From a virus (lineage: Duplodnaviria > Caudoviricetes), in IMG/VR virus record IMGVR_UViG_3300044974_001269, positions 1-57,725 of that record: a stretch of DNA of 57,725 nucleotides, one strand, 5' to 3'. Positions 44,999 to 54,153 of the stretch are shown piece after piece. The first letter of the stretch is position 1; each line of letters starts with the position of its first letter. Below the pieces are notes generated by a model, which was not told where the DNA came from, ran no database searches, and saw only the letters and a program-made list of their open reading frames with translations. The position numbers were made by a program, and so were the translations under genes.

Positions 44999-45373
44999 TT
45001 ATATTTTATTGAATGTTAAATTGATATCTCCTCCTTGTTCGAATTCATTCCACGCAAGTAGTGTTTCTCCGCCATTAGATGTTTGAGTCCAAGATTTCCC
45101 GTTTGCAACTGCAATCATTTCGATTGTTTGGTCGTTATCAGCCATCCATCCTCTGTCAACATATACACCAGCTTCGGGACCAAATGAACAGTTACCTTGC
45201 ATGTACCATACATTTGGAGTGACCCAAAAAAGTAGTGATTTAGTATTATGAACTTCTTCAGAAGACCATGAAGATTGTGAGTTGGGACCTATAGTATTAT
45301 TACCTGGTCCAACACCGTCAATTGTTAAGTTGTATTCGGTGTTATTGTTGATTGTTACGTTTGCTTGCCACAT
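44999..45373 (-). CDS. hypothetical beta-rich protein
   Basis: ORF with own promoter motif. Confidence 0.75.
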   Translation of the reverse strand: MWQANVTINNNTEYNLTIDGVGPGNNTIGPNSQSSWSSEEVHNTKSLLFWVTPNVWYMQGNCSFGPEAGVYVDRGWMADNDQTIEMIAVANGKSWTQTSNGGETLLAWNEFEQGGDINLTFNKI

Positions 45374-45391
45374 AGTTTTTTCTATAAATAT

Positions 45392-45418
45392 AAAACCCCC
45401 ACCGTGAGGTGAGGGTTT
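45392..45418 (-). repeat. 27-bp terminator repeat copy 1
   Basis: AAAACCCCCACCGTGAGGTGAGGGTTT. Confidence 0.85.
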
Positions 45419-45436
45419 ATCTCTTATTTTTAACTT

Positions 45437-46336
45437 CTATCTTAGAGTGATTGTCTGAGTTTGACCATTTACAGTGAGAAAAGCGAGATTATCACACTGA
45501 CCGTTTCCAAAGTCTAATACTCCAACCCAAGGACTTGTGTTTGTCAAGTTTCTTCTGACTGTTCTAATTTTACCTTTTACAATCCAACGACAAGTAAATC
45601 TTTTGAAAAGTGGTTCGACTGTTTCAGAGTTCCAAAAAGTAGATAGTGTATTTCTAACGGATGCTCCGTTGGAATTACCGATGATTTTGAAAATATCATC
45701 AATAGGAAGTGGGGTATGAGAACCTTCAATTTGTTCAATAGTTTTTTGTGAGTTCCATTCTATAACATTACCATTTGGGTGACCCAATCTTCCGCCAACT
45801 ACTTTCACTAACCATTTATGGTTATATTGAGGAGGAAAAATTGTAATTTGGATTGGTTCTGTAATATTTTTGATGGTGTGTGTTCCTCCCACTGTTACTC
45901 CATCAACGCTATAGTTCATGAATGTAGTGGTAGCTTCAGCGCCAGGGACCAATAATCTGTTTGTGTAAATTGTTTTGATTTGTCCACGTCTTACTCTACC
46001 ATCAGGTCCTATACAACCTGTTTGTGGAAAACTAATAACGACCATTACAGGAAATGGGTTTGGTGGAGACATACGTTCAACTCTTACAGTAAAACATCTC
46101 TGAGCCGTGTCCAAATTTTCACCTCTTCCGAAAACACCAGAACCGTAAACACCAACCTCATCATTTGTACCCATAACATCGTCAAAAATTTGACTGTAGG
46201 ATTGTTCTGATTGGGCATCACCTTCAGAGGCCACAGTTGAAAGTTCTATTTCTTGAGGGTCAAGATTTGTATTATTTTCTTTTGTACAAGAAAACAACAA
46301 AACCGAAAATAGGAAAGAAAAAATTATTTTTTTCAT
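45437..46336 (-). CDS. Bacteroidetes-type lipoprotein
   Basis: LLFSC lipobox; GC.GPDGRVRRG.I, DFGNGQCDN. Confidence 0.85.
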   Translation of the reverse strand: MKKIIFSFLFSVLLFSCTKENNTNLDPQEIELSTVASEGDAQSEQSYSQIFDDVMGTNDEVGVYGSGVFGRGENLDTAQRCFTVRVERMSPPNPFPVMVVISFPQTGCIGPDGRVRRGQIKTIYTNRLLVPGAEATTTFMNYSVDGVTVGGTHTIKNITEPIQITIFPPQYNHKWLVKVVGGRLGHPNGNVIEWNSQKTIEQIEGSHTPLPIDDIFKIIGNSNGASVRNTLSTFWNSETVEPLFKRFTCRWIVKGKIRTVRRNLTNTSPWVGVLDFGNGQCDNLAFLTVNGQTQTITLR

Positions 46337-46380
46337 AAAAATTTATTTAAGGTTTAATATAATAAATATTTCCCAAATAA

Positions 46381-46407
46381 AAAACCCCCACCGTTAGGTG
46401 AGGGTCT
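46381..46407 (-). repeat. 27-bp terminator repeat copy 2
   Basis: AAAACCCCCACCGTTAGGTGAGGGTCT. Confidence 0.85.
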
Positions 46408-46427
46408 AGTAAGATTTTGATAAAAAA

Positions 46428-47294
46428 TTATTTAATTGCGGGTTGGGGGTCAGCTGTAAATCCAATAAATCTACAAATAATTTGACCTCCTTGTCCTGGT
46501 CTGTTGAGTTGAGAAGTGTTTATTTGTCCAAACTTATCAGAACATTTCACAGGGTAGGAAGGATTTGTGCAAGGTGTTGGTGGTTGGAAACTTTTATATC
46601 CCCAATCGCAACCATAAGGGAAAACACCAGGTAGGTTAACACAACCCTCTAACGTTGTGCCGTTTGTTACTGTCTTAAATGGAACAAGTCCTGTGGAGTC
46701 TGTATATCCGAAGTCCCAAAAAGCACCGAAGTTAGTTGATAAAGAATCGGCTCTTGGTCCTGTTGATGTTACTGACATTGATAAAATAGAGTGTAATCCA
46801 TCTACACAAGTTATGTCTGCAGACTCATTAGCACCCTCAATTATTCCATTTTGCCACCATGTATTTACGGTAAATTCAAAGTTGTTTATACCGAATTGGA
46901 ATCCCGCATTTTGTGCTGCTGTACAAGCCTGATTTTGAACCCCCCAAGTGACAATAGCACCTGATAAGGTATTGGTATCACCCAAATGATATTCAAATCC
47001 TTTTTTAGCCCAAAAACTTCCAACACAAGGTGTGCTGTCAGTACAATAGGTTACAATGTTTAAAGAATCCATTCCAAAAAGTCCAATTATTGACTCATTT
47101 CCCTGAAGTGTTAGGAATACTTGAACTGAATCAAGCTCAGAATCGTTTATCAATACAACGTCCGTATATTTGGTTGTATCCACTAAAGGTGTTGGTGTTG
47201 GATTTGGTTTATTACAGTGCCAGTCATATAAAATAACACCAGCGACTAATAATCCAATACCCAAAGCAATTAAAATTTTAGCAATTTTTTTCAT
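46428..47294 (-). CDS. membrane-anchored Cys-rich protein, thaumatin-like
   Basis: N-term TM; FEFTVN...ADITCVDG resembles the thaumatin EF...DIS.VDG motifs. Confidence 0.6.
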   Translation of the reverse strand: MKKIAKILIALGIGLLVAGVILYDWHCNKPNPTPTPLVDTTKYTDVVLINDSELDSVQVFLTLQGNESIIGLFGMDSLNIVTYCTDSTPCVGSFWAKKGFEYHLGDTNTLSGAIVTWGVQNQACTAAQNAGFQFGINNFEFTVNTWWQNGIIEGANESADITCVDGLHSILSMSVTSTGPRADSLSTNFGAFWDFGYTDSTGLVPFKTVTNGTTLEGCVNLPGVFPYGCDWGYKSFQPPTPCTNPSYPVKCSDKFGQINTSQLNRPGQGGQIICRFIGFTADPQPAIK

Positions 47295-47312
47295 AATGTC
47301 TTTTTTTATGTT

Positions 47313-47921
47313 TTATTTCTTTTTCTTTAGTTCACTCAGTGCGTTTACAGGAATAATTGTTCCTACAGGATATGAAGACCCCACAGGTGCCTGAGTTACA
47401 GATGTTTCACCTGGATGAGCTCGTAATGCTCTTCTCATCGGAAACGCTAATTCATTAAGTGGACCAAAACATTCTGCAAGTGTTACACCATTAACCTTAT
47501 TAGGTAATACAACACAAGGCATACACCACATATTACTCATTCCACCTTCAGGTCCTTTAGATATCACGAATGTTCTATTCACCGTGGGTAAATTTTCCCA
47601 AGTTGGTGCTTGAGGAACACTATCATAGTACCAAAAGTAAGACCATACAGTTTTATCTGTTCCATCAGGTGTAAGTGAAGGGTTCGGAACCAAAATTTTG
47701 TTTGCAACTGAAGGACCATCCATAACAGGACAAACTGCAACACCTTCCAAGAACTTTTTACCTTCTACAGTAATAGTTTTACCCGTTGCCTTAGCAGAAG
47801 AAGCCCCACAAAAAGCAAATTTTCCCTCAACAATTGTGAGTGCTTTCCCTCTATGAAGTTTCTGAGTGAATGATGTTGTTCCTAATCCCAACATCGCAAG
47901 TAATAATAGTAGTTTTTTCAT
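47313..47921 (-). CDS. secreted Cys-containing hypothetical protein
   Basis: signal peptide. Confidence 0.8.
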   Translation of the reverse strand: MKKLLLLLAMLGLGTTSFTQKLHRGKALTIVEGKFAFCGASSAKATGKTITVEGKKFLEGVAVCPVMDGPSVANKILVPNPSLTPDGTDKTVWSYFWYYDSVPQAPTWENLPTVNRTFVISKGPEGGMSNMWCMPCVVLPNKVNGVTLAECFGPLNELAFPMRRALRAHPGETSVTQAPVGSSYPVGTIIPVNALSELKKKK

Positions 47922-47942
47922 AATATATTTTATTATAAATAT

Positions 47943-47969
47943 AAAACCCCCACCATAAGGTGAGGGTTT
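47943..47969 (-). repeat. 27-bp terminator repeat copy 3
   Basis: AAAACCCCCACCATAAGGTGAGGGTTT. Confidence 0.85.
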
Positions 47970-47990
47970 GTATAAACTGCGGAATGAAAA

Positions 47991-50900
47991 TTAGTTTCCG
48001 AATGTGTATCTCAAACCAAGTTGTGCTTGCCATACGTCAAACACAGAAGAGTTCCACTGATAAGTGTCCTTGATAAGTGAAGTAGAACCGTCGTAGTTTC
48101 TCTGTGTAGATAATCTATAGACAGGTTCGCCTGCTGTGTTGATTGATGAATAGCTAAGGATTGCTGGGTTTGTTGCTCTTTGAGAAACACCCCAATCATT
48201 ATTCAACATGTTTCCGAAGTTGAGGATATCTAAACGAATTTGGAAATTGTTGTTGATACCTTTTACTTTCACTACGAAATCTTGTTGAACTGAAAGGTCA
48301 AATCTGTGAAGAACAGGGATTGTAGAAGCGTTTCTCTCAGCGTATTGTCCTCTTCTTGTGGAGAGGTATTTGTCTTGAGCGATGTAAGCTTCAAAAGCCG
48401 CTTGTTGTTCAGCTTCTGTGAATGTGTAACTTCCAAGAGTACCATTTGGTAATCTTACTCCTGATGCTGTGAAAGATGCGAATTTGATATCAGAACCTTT
48501 TTGAGGAACGAAAATCATTTCGTTGTTGTTTACTCTATCACCGTTGAGGTCACCAGCTACGAAATAACCGAAAGGATTACCTTGTTGTCCTACATAACCT
48601 AATGTGATTGTTGTAGCACCAGCACCTTTCTTTGCACCGTTTTCAATCTTGTAACCGAGAAGTCCAACAAATCTGTTTGGAATCCAGTTATCAGAGAATG
48701 AAAGAGGTAAGTCGTTATTTCCGTTGATTGACCTTGCACTCTGCCAAGAACCTGATGCGATTGAACCCGCACTCATGTAATCTTTAGCCATAGATGTTGT
48801 CCAAGCCATAGAACCCCAAAGACCCTTTTGTGCAGGGTATTTAAGTTCAAATGTTGCTGAACGGAAGTTAGCACCGTTTCTGTTTGTTAAAACAGCTGCC
48901 ATAGATACGTTGTCATTTACTCTGACACCAGCATCGTTTCTTGCGAATAGAGCTCTTTTGTCAGGACCTTGTAAAGTTCCCACAGGAACATCAAGGTTTG
49001 CGTTGTAGTAATGAACAGCGTTTAAAAATCTGTTGTAAAGAAGTTCCACAGTACCTACAAAACCATAAGGTAGTTTTTGGTCTACCGCCAAGTTTGATTT
49101 CCATACTTGAGGGAATTTGTAGTTAGGGTCTGTGAAAGCTAAATCAAACGTAGAAGGAAGTGTTGGAGTTGAAGGAATGAAGTATTGGTTTGGATTTGCA
49201 GTGAAACCGTAGTTTGCCGCCGCCGCACCTGATACATCAATAAATCCTGTCAATACACCGTTGTTTCCTACTTGGTTTGATACAAACACATAAGGAGGTC
49301 TACCTGTGAAAATACCTGTACCACCTCTTACTTGTGTTTTGTTCTGACCTTTGTGGTTGTAATTAAATCCAAATCTTGGTTCCCACAAAAGTTGTGTCTT
49401 TGGAAGTGTACCTGTATTGAATTTTTCACCACCAGCGAAAGTCATTGCAGTTACTGCAGCGTTTTCAATTGCGGTATTCTCAAATCCAATTACAGCAACT
49501 CTCAGACCACCAGTGAGTTTCAAATTTTGAGTATACTGATACTCATCTTGAACATAAAGGTCAAGACGTGATGTCTTTAACACTTGCATAGGTTCAATAC
49601 CACCAGGAAGAGCTGAATATCTCAACTGAAATCTCGCTGGTGCAAGTGTTGAAGGTATTCCACCGTTTGCTAATGATTGATTAGCTGCTGTGTAGAAATC
49701 TGCAAGTGAATTGAAGATATACACACCGTTTGAAGCGGGGAAGAATAAGTTGTTAGAACGATATTTTTCAAAATTAACACCAGCAACCACTGTGTGCTTG
49801 TCCATAAACTTGGTCAAGTTGTTTGTGATGTGGAAAGTGTTATAATCCAACTTATTACCTGGTGTGAATGGGTCGAAACCTACTGATGTGTAAGTTGCAT
49901 TACCATTCATAATGTCAATAGTTGGAAACATTTGTGAAAGATACGCTCTGTTCTCAATTTGTTTGTCATAACCAACAATCAAGTTGTTATGTAAAGTGTT
50001 AGAAAACTTACTATTCAATTCCAATACACTTGAACGAGTGTTGTCCATAATGATGTATCCACTGTTCTTAAATGACATTGCGTTGAACTGAGTAGTTCTG
50101 TTTCCTGCACCTGCAGATTGAGAGTTTGAGATGTTGATTTCAGCGTCAGAGTTGTGCCAAACATAACGAGCAGTCAATTTGTGTTTGTCGTTAATGTTCC
50201 AGTCAGCTCTTACGAGAAATTTCTCAGATTTGTTTGCGTTGTTGTACCCTTCCCAAGGACCCGTCTCATAATTGAAATTTGTTCTCATGTAATCAGAAAG
50301 TGTCTTCATATCAGAGTAAAGAACTCTTGATACTTGTGACCCTGTGAGAGGAGAACCTGTTGAAATCCAAGTTGTACCTGGTTCAGTTCTTTCCAAAGTT
50401 TCGTAGTTTCCGAAGATGAACAATTTGTTCTTGATAATCGGAGCACCAAGTCTGAAACCTCTCATAGTTTCTTCAAACTTCGAAGCAGTTACAGTAGTTC
50501 CTTTTGCGTTGTTTCCAACATAACGGACGTTGTCTCTGCTTGACTGATAATAAGAACCATCAATTTTGTTCGTACCACTTCTTGTGACTGCGTTGATACC
50601 AGCACCAACGAAACCACTTTGACGAATGTCAAACGGTGCTACGTTGATTTGAAGTTGGTCAATCGCATCCAAAGAAATCGCAGTGGAACCTGTTCTACCA
50701 CCAGCTTGTGCTGAAGAACCAAGACCGAAACCGTTGTTGAATTGAGAACCGTCGATAGTGAAATTGTTTAATCTACTATCAGCAGCACCAAAAGAACGAC
50801 CATCACCCATTGGATTGTACTTGGTGATTCCGTCGATAGTTCTAGCACCTGTGATGGGAACTGAAGTAAGTTCTCTTCTACCAAATTGCTGAGACGCACC

Positions 50901-51296
50901 AGTTCTATCCTTACTGAATGTGTTGTTTCTGTTTGAACCGACAACTACTTCAGACAAGGTCTTAACATCAGAAATCAACACAATTTCCAAGGTGGTTGTA
51001 ATACCGAGGTTTGTGTTAATGTCAGTGAGTTCTTGTTTTTTGTAGCCAACGTTAGAAACGCTAATCACATAAGGACCACCTGGACGCACAGCAGGAATGG
51101 TAAATGTACCAACTTTGTTTGTAGTTGAACGATAAACCGAACCTGTTGGTTGGTGAACCGCTTCAACTGACGCTCCCACTAAAGCATCTCCTTTTTCATT
51201 TTTCACTACACCAGACAGGGCAGAAGTTGTGATTTGCCCGAAAGATGCAAGCGTCACGAATAAGGATAAAAGTGACGTCATGATTGTTTTTTTCAT
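47991..51296 (-). CDS. TonB-dependent receptor (Oar-like) with carboxypeptidase-regulatory-like N-domain
   Basis: start MKKTIM at 51296; signal peptide, plug N.TIDG...ISLDAI..GAGINAVTRSGTN, C-term QLGLRYTF. Confidence 0.93.
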   Translation of the reverse strand: MKKTIMTSLLSLFVTLASFGQITTSALSGVVKNEKGDALVGASVEAVHQPTGSVYRSTTNKVGTFTIPAVRPGGPYVISVSNVGYKKQELTDINTNLGITTTLEIVLISDVKTLSEVVVGSNRNNTFSKDRTGASQQFGRRELTSVPITGARTIDGITKYNPMGDGRSFGAADSRLNNFTIDGSQFNNGFGLGSSAQAGGRTGSTAISLDAIDQLQINVAPFDIRQSGFVGAGINAVTRSGTNKIDGSYYQSSRDNVRYVGNNAKGTTVTASKFEETMRGFRLGAPIIKNKLFIFGNYETLERTEPGTTWISTGSPLTGSQVSRVLYSDMKTLSDYMRTNFNYETGPWEGYNNANKSEKFLVRADWNINDKHKLTARYVWHNSDAEINISNSQSAGAGNRTTQFNAMSFKNSGYIIMDNTRSSVLELNSKFSNTLHNNLIVGYDKQIENRAYLSQMFPTIDIMNGNATYTSVGFDPFTPGNKLDYNTFHITNNLTKFMDKHTVVAGVNFEKYRSNNLFFPASNGVYIFNSLADFYTAANQSLANGGIPSTLAPARFQLRYSALPGGIEPMQVLKTSRLDLYVQDEYQYTQNLKLTGGLRVAVIGFENTAIENAAVTAMTFAGGEKFNTGTLPKTQLLWEPRFGFNYNHKGQNKTQVRGGTGIFTGRPPYVFVSNQVGNNGVLTGFIDVSGAAAANYGFTANPNQYFIPSTPTLPSTFDLAFTDPNYKFPQVWKSNLAVDQKLPYGFVGTVELLYNRFLNAVHYYNANLDVPVGTLQGPDKRALFARNDAGVRVNDNVSMAAVLTNRNGANFRSATFELKYPAQKGLWGSMAWTTSMAKDYMSAGSIASGSWQSARSINGNNDLPLSFSDNWIPNRFVGLLGYKIENGAKKGAGATTITLGYVGQQGNPFGYFVAGDLNGDRVNNNEMIFVPQKGSDIKFASFTASGVRLPNGTLGSYTFTEAEQQAAFEAYIAQDKYLSTRRGQYAERNASTIPVLHRFDLSVQQDFVVKVKGINNNFQIRLDILNFGNMLNNDWGVSQRATNPAILSYSSINTAGEPVYRLSTQRNYDGSTSLIKDTYQWNSSVFDVWQAQLGLRYTFGN

Positions 51297-51507
51297 GTTT
51301 GTTTTGTTTATTGGTTTATAAATAAAAAATCCCGAAGACAGGGCGTCAACGGGACTATTGTATTTTTCTGAGTTGATAAAGTAATACAGTCGATATAAAA
51401 AATTCATATAAAAAATCTCCCCAACTTTCATAATTAGCCCTCGAAATACAAAAAACCCAATCGACTGAACAAACTTAATAATTTCTTAATTGAAAATCAA
51501 TAGGCGA

Positions 51508-51537
51508 AAAAAAACCCCCGATTTCTCGGGGGCTTTG
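51508..51537 (-). terminator. terminator
   Basis: CCCCCGA-TTTC-TCGGGGG with A tract on plus strand. Confidence 0.75.
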
Positions 51538-51539
51538 GA

Positions 51540-51647
51540 TTACTTCTTAAGTTTTCCAAGAAGTTTAGAAATATGTGGTCCTACCACAAATCCGACAACA
51601 ACACCTAATAAAAAGTGCCACTGCCATAAAAATTCAAAATTTTCCAT
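51540..51647 (-). CDS. small single-TM protein, 35 aa
   Basis: MENFEFLWQWHFLLGVVVGFVVGPHISKLLGKLKK; not in ORF track. Confidence 0.7.
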   Translation of the reverse strand: MENFEFLWQWHFLLGVVVGFVVGPHISKLLGKLKK

Positions 51648-51672
51648 ACTCATTTTGATTTTTTTTTAACTT

Positions 51673-52122
51673 TTAAAGATGATACTTCAATCCAAATCCA
51701 ACAAGACTCGAATGTTTGCCATCCTTAACAGTTCTTAGAATTGATTGTTCTAAGCACCATTTTTTGTTTATCCTGTATCCAATGGAAGGAACATAAGTTA
51801 GTTGCCCTTTTTGTCCATTGAAGAAGGTAACACCACCGTCAAGTCCAACATGTAGACCTTTCTTTAGGTGCTTACGGAACCCAACTAAAGCAGGAATTCT
51901 TGCGAACCCGTCTTTATCTTGCATAAAACCAAGAGAGACATTCCAGTTTTTCTTTGAGAAATCTACTCTTTGACCCCATGCTTTGGAATCCCAATCAACA
52001 TTTTTTGCAATTGGTGCCATAGCTGTTGCTCCTACGGAAATATCCCATCCACCGTCTTTTTTCTGAGCAAATGTTGCTAATGAGAACACTGTAGCAAAAA
52101 ATAACAAAATGTGTTTTTTCAT
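51673..52122 (-). CDS. small outer-membrane beta-barrel protein
   Basis: signal peptide, about 8 strands, C-term GFGLKYHL. Confidence 0.8.
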   Translation of the reverse strand: MKKHILLFFATVFSLATFAQKKDGGWDISVGATAMAPIAKNVDWDSKAWGQRVDFSKKNWNVSLGFMQDKDGFARIPALVGFRKHLKKGLHVGLDGGVTFFNGQKGQLTYVPSIGYRINKKWCLEQSILRTVKDGKHSSLVGFGLKYHL

Positions 52123-52231
52123 TTGTGTTTTGTTTATTGATTTATAAATAAAAATCCCATCACAAAATTCTTTCGAAAATGCGGATGGGACTGATATTTC
52201 TGTATTATAAATATCTTTTAAAAAAGGAAAA

Positions 52232-52627
52232 TTAACTTTTTTGTTGTGTGTTATCTATAAGATATTGACACTCAAATAATTGACAAGTTGTGGGTCTTAT
52301 CTCATAGACCATACACGCCCTTAAATTCATGTTGTAAAATATACATGGTCTAATTGAATTGTTTGTATCGACCCTGAGGGCGGGATAGTTTTGAGGTTGT
52401 TGCCAAGTCGCTTTATCAGGGAACAACTTTGAACCTTCTTGATGATTTATAAAAACATCATCATAATGTATTTTTCGTCCGAGTTTATTGGACAAGTCAG
52501 AAATAAATCTATCAGGGTCTGAGTGTGGACCGATTATGAAATCTCTATCTGCTACGGTACAACAACCGCCATGATTGTTGTCAAAACCCAAACATTTGTT
52601 ACTACATATATTGCAATCAGCTCCCAT
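52232..52627 (-). CDS. YkgJ-like cysteine-cluster protein
   Basis: C..C...C...GGCC, CIFY....C.VYE.RP..C..F.C. Confidence 0.85.
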   Translation of the reverse strand: MGADCNICSNKCLGFDNNHGGCCTVADRDFIIGPHSDPDRFISDLSNKLGRKIHYDDVFINHQEGSKLFPDKATWQQPQNYPALRVDTNNSIRPCIFYNMNLRACMVYEIRPTTCQLFECQYLIDNTQQKS

Positions 52628-52637
52628 AATGTGAAAG

Positions 52638-53036
52638 TGGTGGAGAAGACGGGAGTCGAACCCGTTTCTTGTTCGCGATGACTATAAGTGACTACACGTT
52701 TATTACAACATTGTTTCTCAATGTTCCGAAATATTAAGTTTGATATATGTGGGAACCAAACTTACAAACAACCTGGTCTCAGAGTTATTTTAAAGGAGCT
52801 CTGACCTGTGACCCCTATAACGGACTTCTGTTCCTAGGTTTTATGTCCTTCCCGACCCGAATATTGAGTTCTTAATTCAATTAAGCCTCAACAACAGCTT
52901 CCTCAGCAATTAGACCGAGAGCAGCCATTTTAGCAAAAGTATTGCCAGTTGTGTTTCGAACCAGTTTTTAAGGAGTTAATTCAGCTCCTACGTGCCACCT
53001 ATACCCACACACGCCAATCAATGCCGTGACTTCCCC
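52638..53036 (-). ncRNA. ssrA: tmRNA, tag (A)GNTFAKMAALGLIAEEAVVEA at 52946-52881
   Basis: GGGGAAG/CTTCTCC-ACCA acceptor with G3:U, GGTTCGACTCC T arm, AACT-GGC resume context, TATATTTG promoter at 53056-53063. Confidence 0.93.
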
Positions 53037-53100
53037 ATAGTTCAAATAACTTTCACAAATATAGGATAAATATTTTAATTTACAACTTGTATTTATTGTT

Positions 53101-54141
53101 ATGGGTAAGTTTGATTTTTTTATTGGTCTGAAAAACTTCATTACGGGAAAAATTGATAAAAGTGATTTGATAGGTTTGGATGATAAAATTTATAAAATCG
53201 AAACCACAAGAGACGGAAAATCTATTATTTTTTACGATTTCGATTATGACTCTAATGTCTTAGAAAATGCCGGATACACGCAAGATGATATTTCAGTTTA
53301 TTCCAACATGACATCTCACTATGGTAATAGTTATGAATTTTACTCAGATTATAGCGGGATGGAGGATTTCGAATCAGGTTACGGTCCTTGGAATGAACTT
53401 GATGACGATAATTGGGAAAAATTAAAATACATTTCTCATTTCCTCATGAAGGAGCCTTTTTCTATGGACAATAGTTTTTTGGAAAGGTTTGCAAATAAAT
53501 TACTCAACACTTTCCCAACAGAAACAAAAGAAATAGTCTACGACTACTCAAGAGAAAGAAATGAACAGATAAGCAATTCCGTAGCGGAACACGTTGAAAA
53601 AGAAGTAAAAGAATTTTTTGAAACAATTCCTGTAAAATTTGTTGGAGATGGAATAGTTTCGGTTGATGCAAGAGAAGTATTCGATTACTACGTAGAGAGT
53701 GGAAATCTTAATTTTCCTCTCGGAAAAATTATTAAAGGAATAATGCGAAAAGGGGAACCTATGGGTGGATGGTCTGAAAATATTTGGGAATATGAAAACG
53801 ATGAAGGTTTTGATAAAATTTACTATAATAAAGAGGTTGAGAAAGAACTCGACAGTATTATAGATAAATTGACTGAAAACGAAGAAGAAGCCAGAAAATT
53901 CACTTCGATGGTAGAAAGGGTCAGTAGAAAATTCAAACAAGGAACATGGTTTCCTTTACCAAAAGATAAATCAAACTCTGTAAGGTTTAGAATTGACGGT
54001 TTTGATTTTCCATCTCAAAAATTGGTTGTGAGTCTTCAAAAAGAACTCAAAAGGAAAGAATTCAAAATGACCGAAGAGAACTTCTATAATTTACTTTATC
54101 AACCTGAATTATTTAAAATTGGAGAATTACACGATTTTTAA
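53101..54141 (+). CDS. hypothetical acidic protein
   Basis: long ORF after TATTTAT motif. Confidence 0.8.
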   Translation: MGKFDFFIGLKNFITGKIDKSDLIGLDDKIYKIETTRDGKSIIFYDFDYDSNVLENAGYTQDDISVYSNMTSHYGNSYEFYSDYSGMEDFESGYGPWNELDDDNWEKLKYISHFLMKEPFSMDNSFLERFANKLLNTFPTETKEIVYDYSRERNEQISNSVAEHVEKEVKEFFETIPVKFVGDGIVSVDAREVFDYYVESGNLNFPLGKIIKGIMRKGEPMGGWSENIWEYENDEGFDKIYYNKEVEKELDSIIDKLTENEEEARKFTSMVERVSRKFKQGTWFPLPKDKSNSVRFRIDGFDFPSQKLVVSLQKELKRKEFKMTEENFYNLLYQPELFKIGELHDF

Positions 54142-54153
54142 TATCTTTGTGTA

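Noticed and set aside
51297-51431. N-terminal extensions in the ORF track (also 4815, 11626, 13328, 37833, 43904)
   Set aside because: They overlap promoters, terminators, tRNAs or other genes; downstream ATGs give proper signal peptides or starts.
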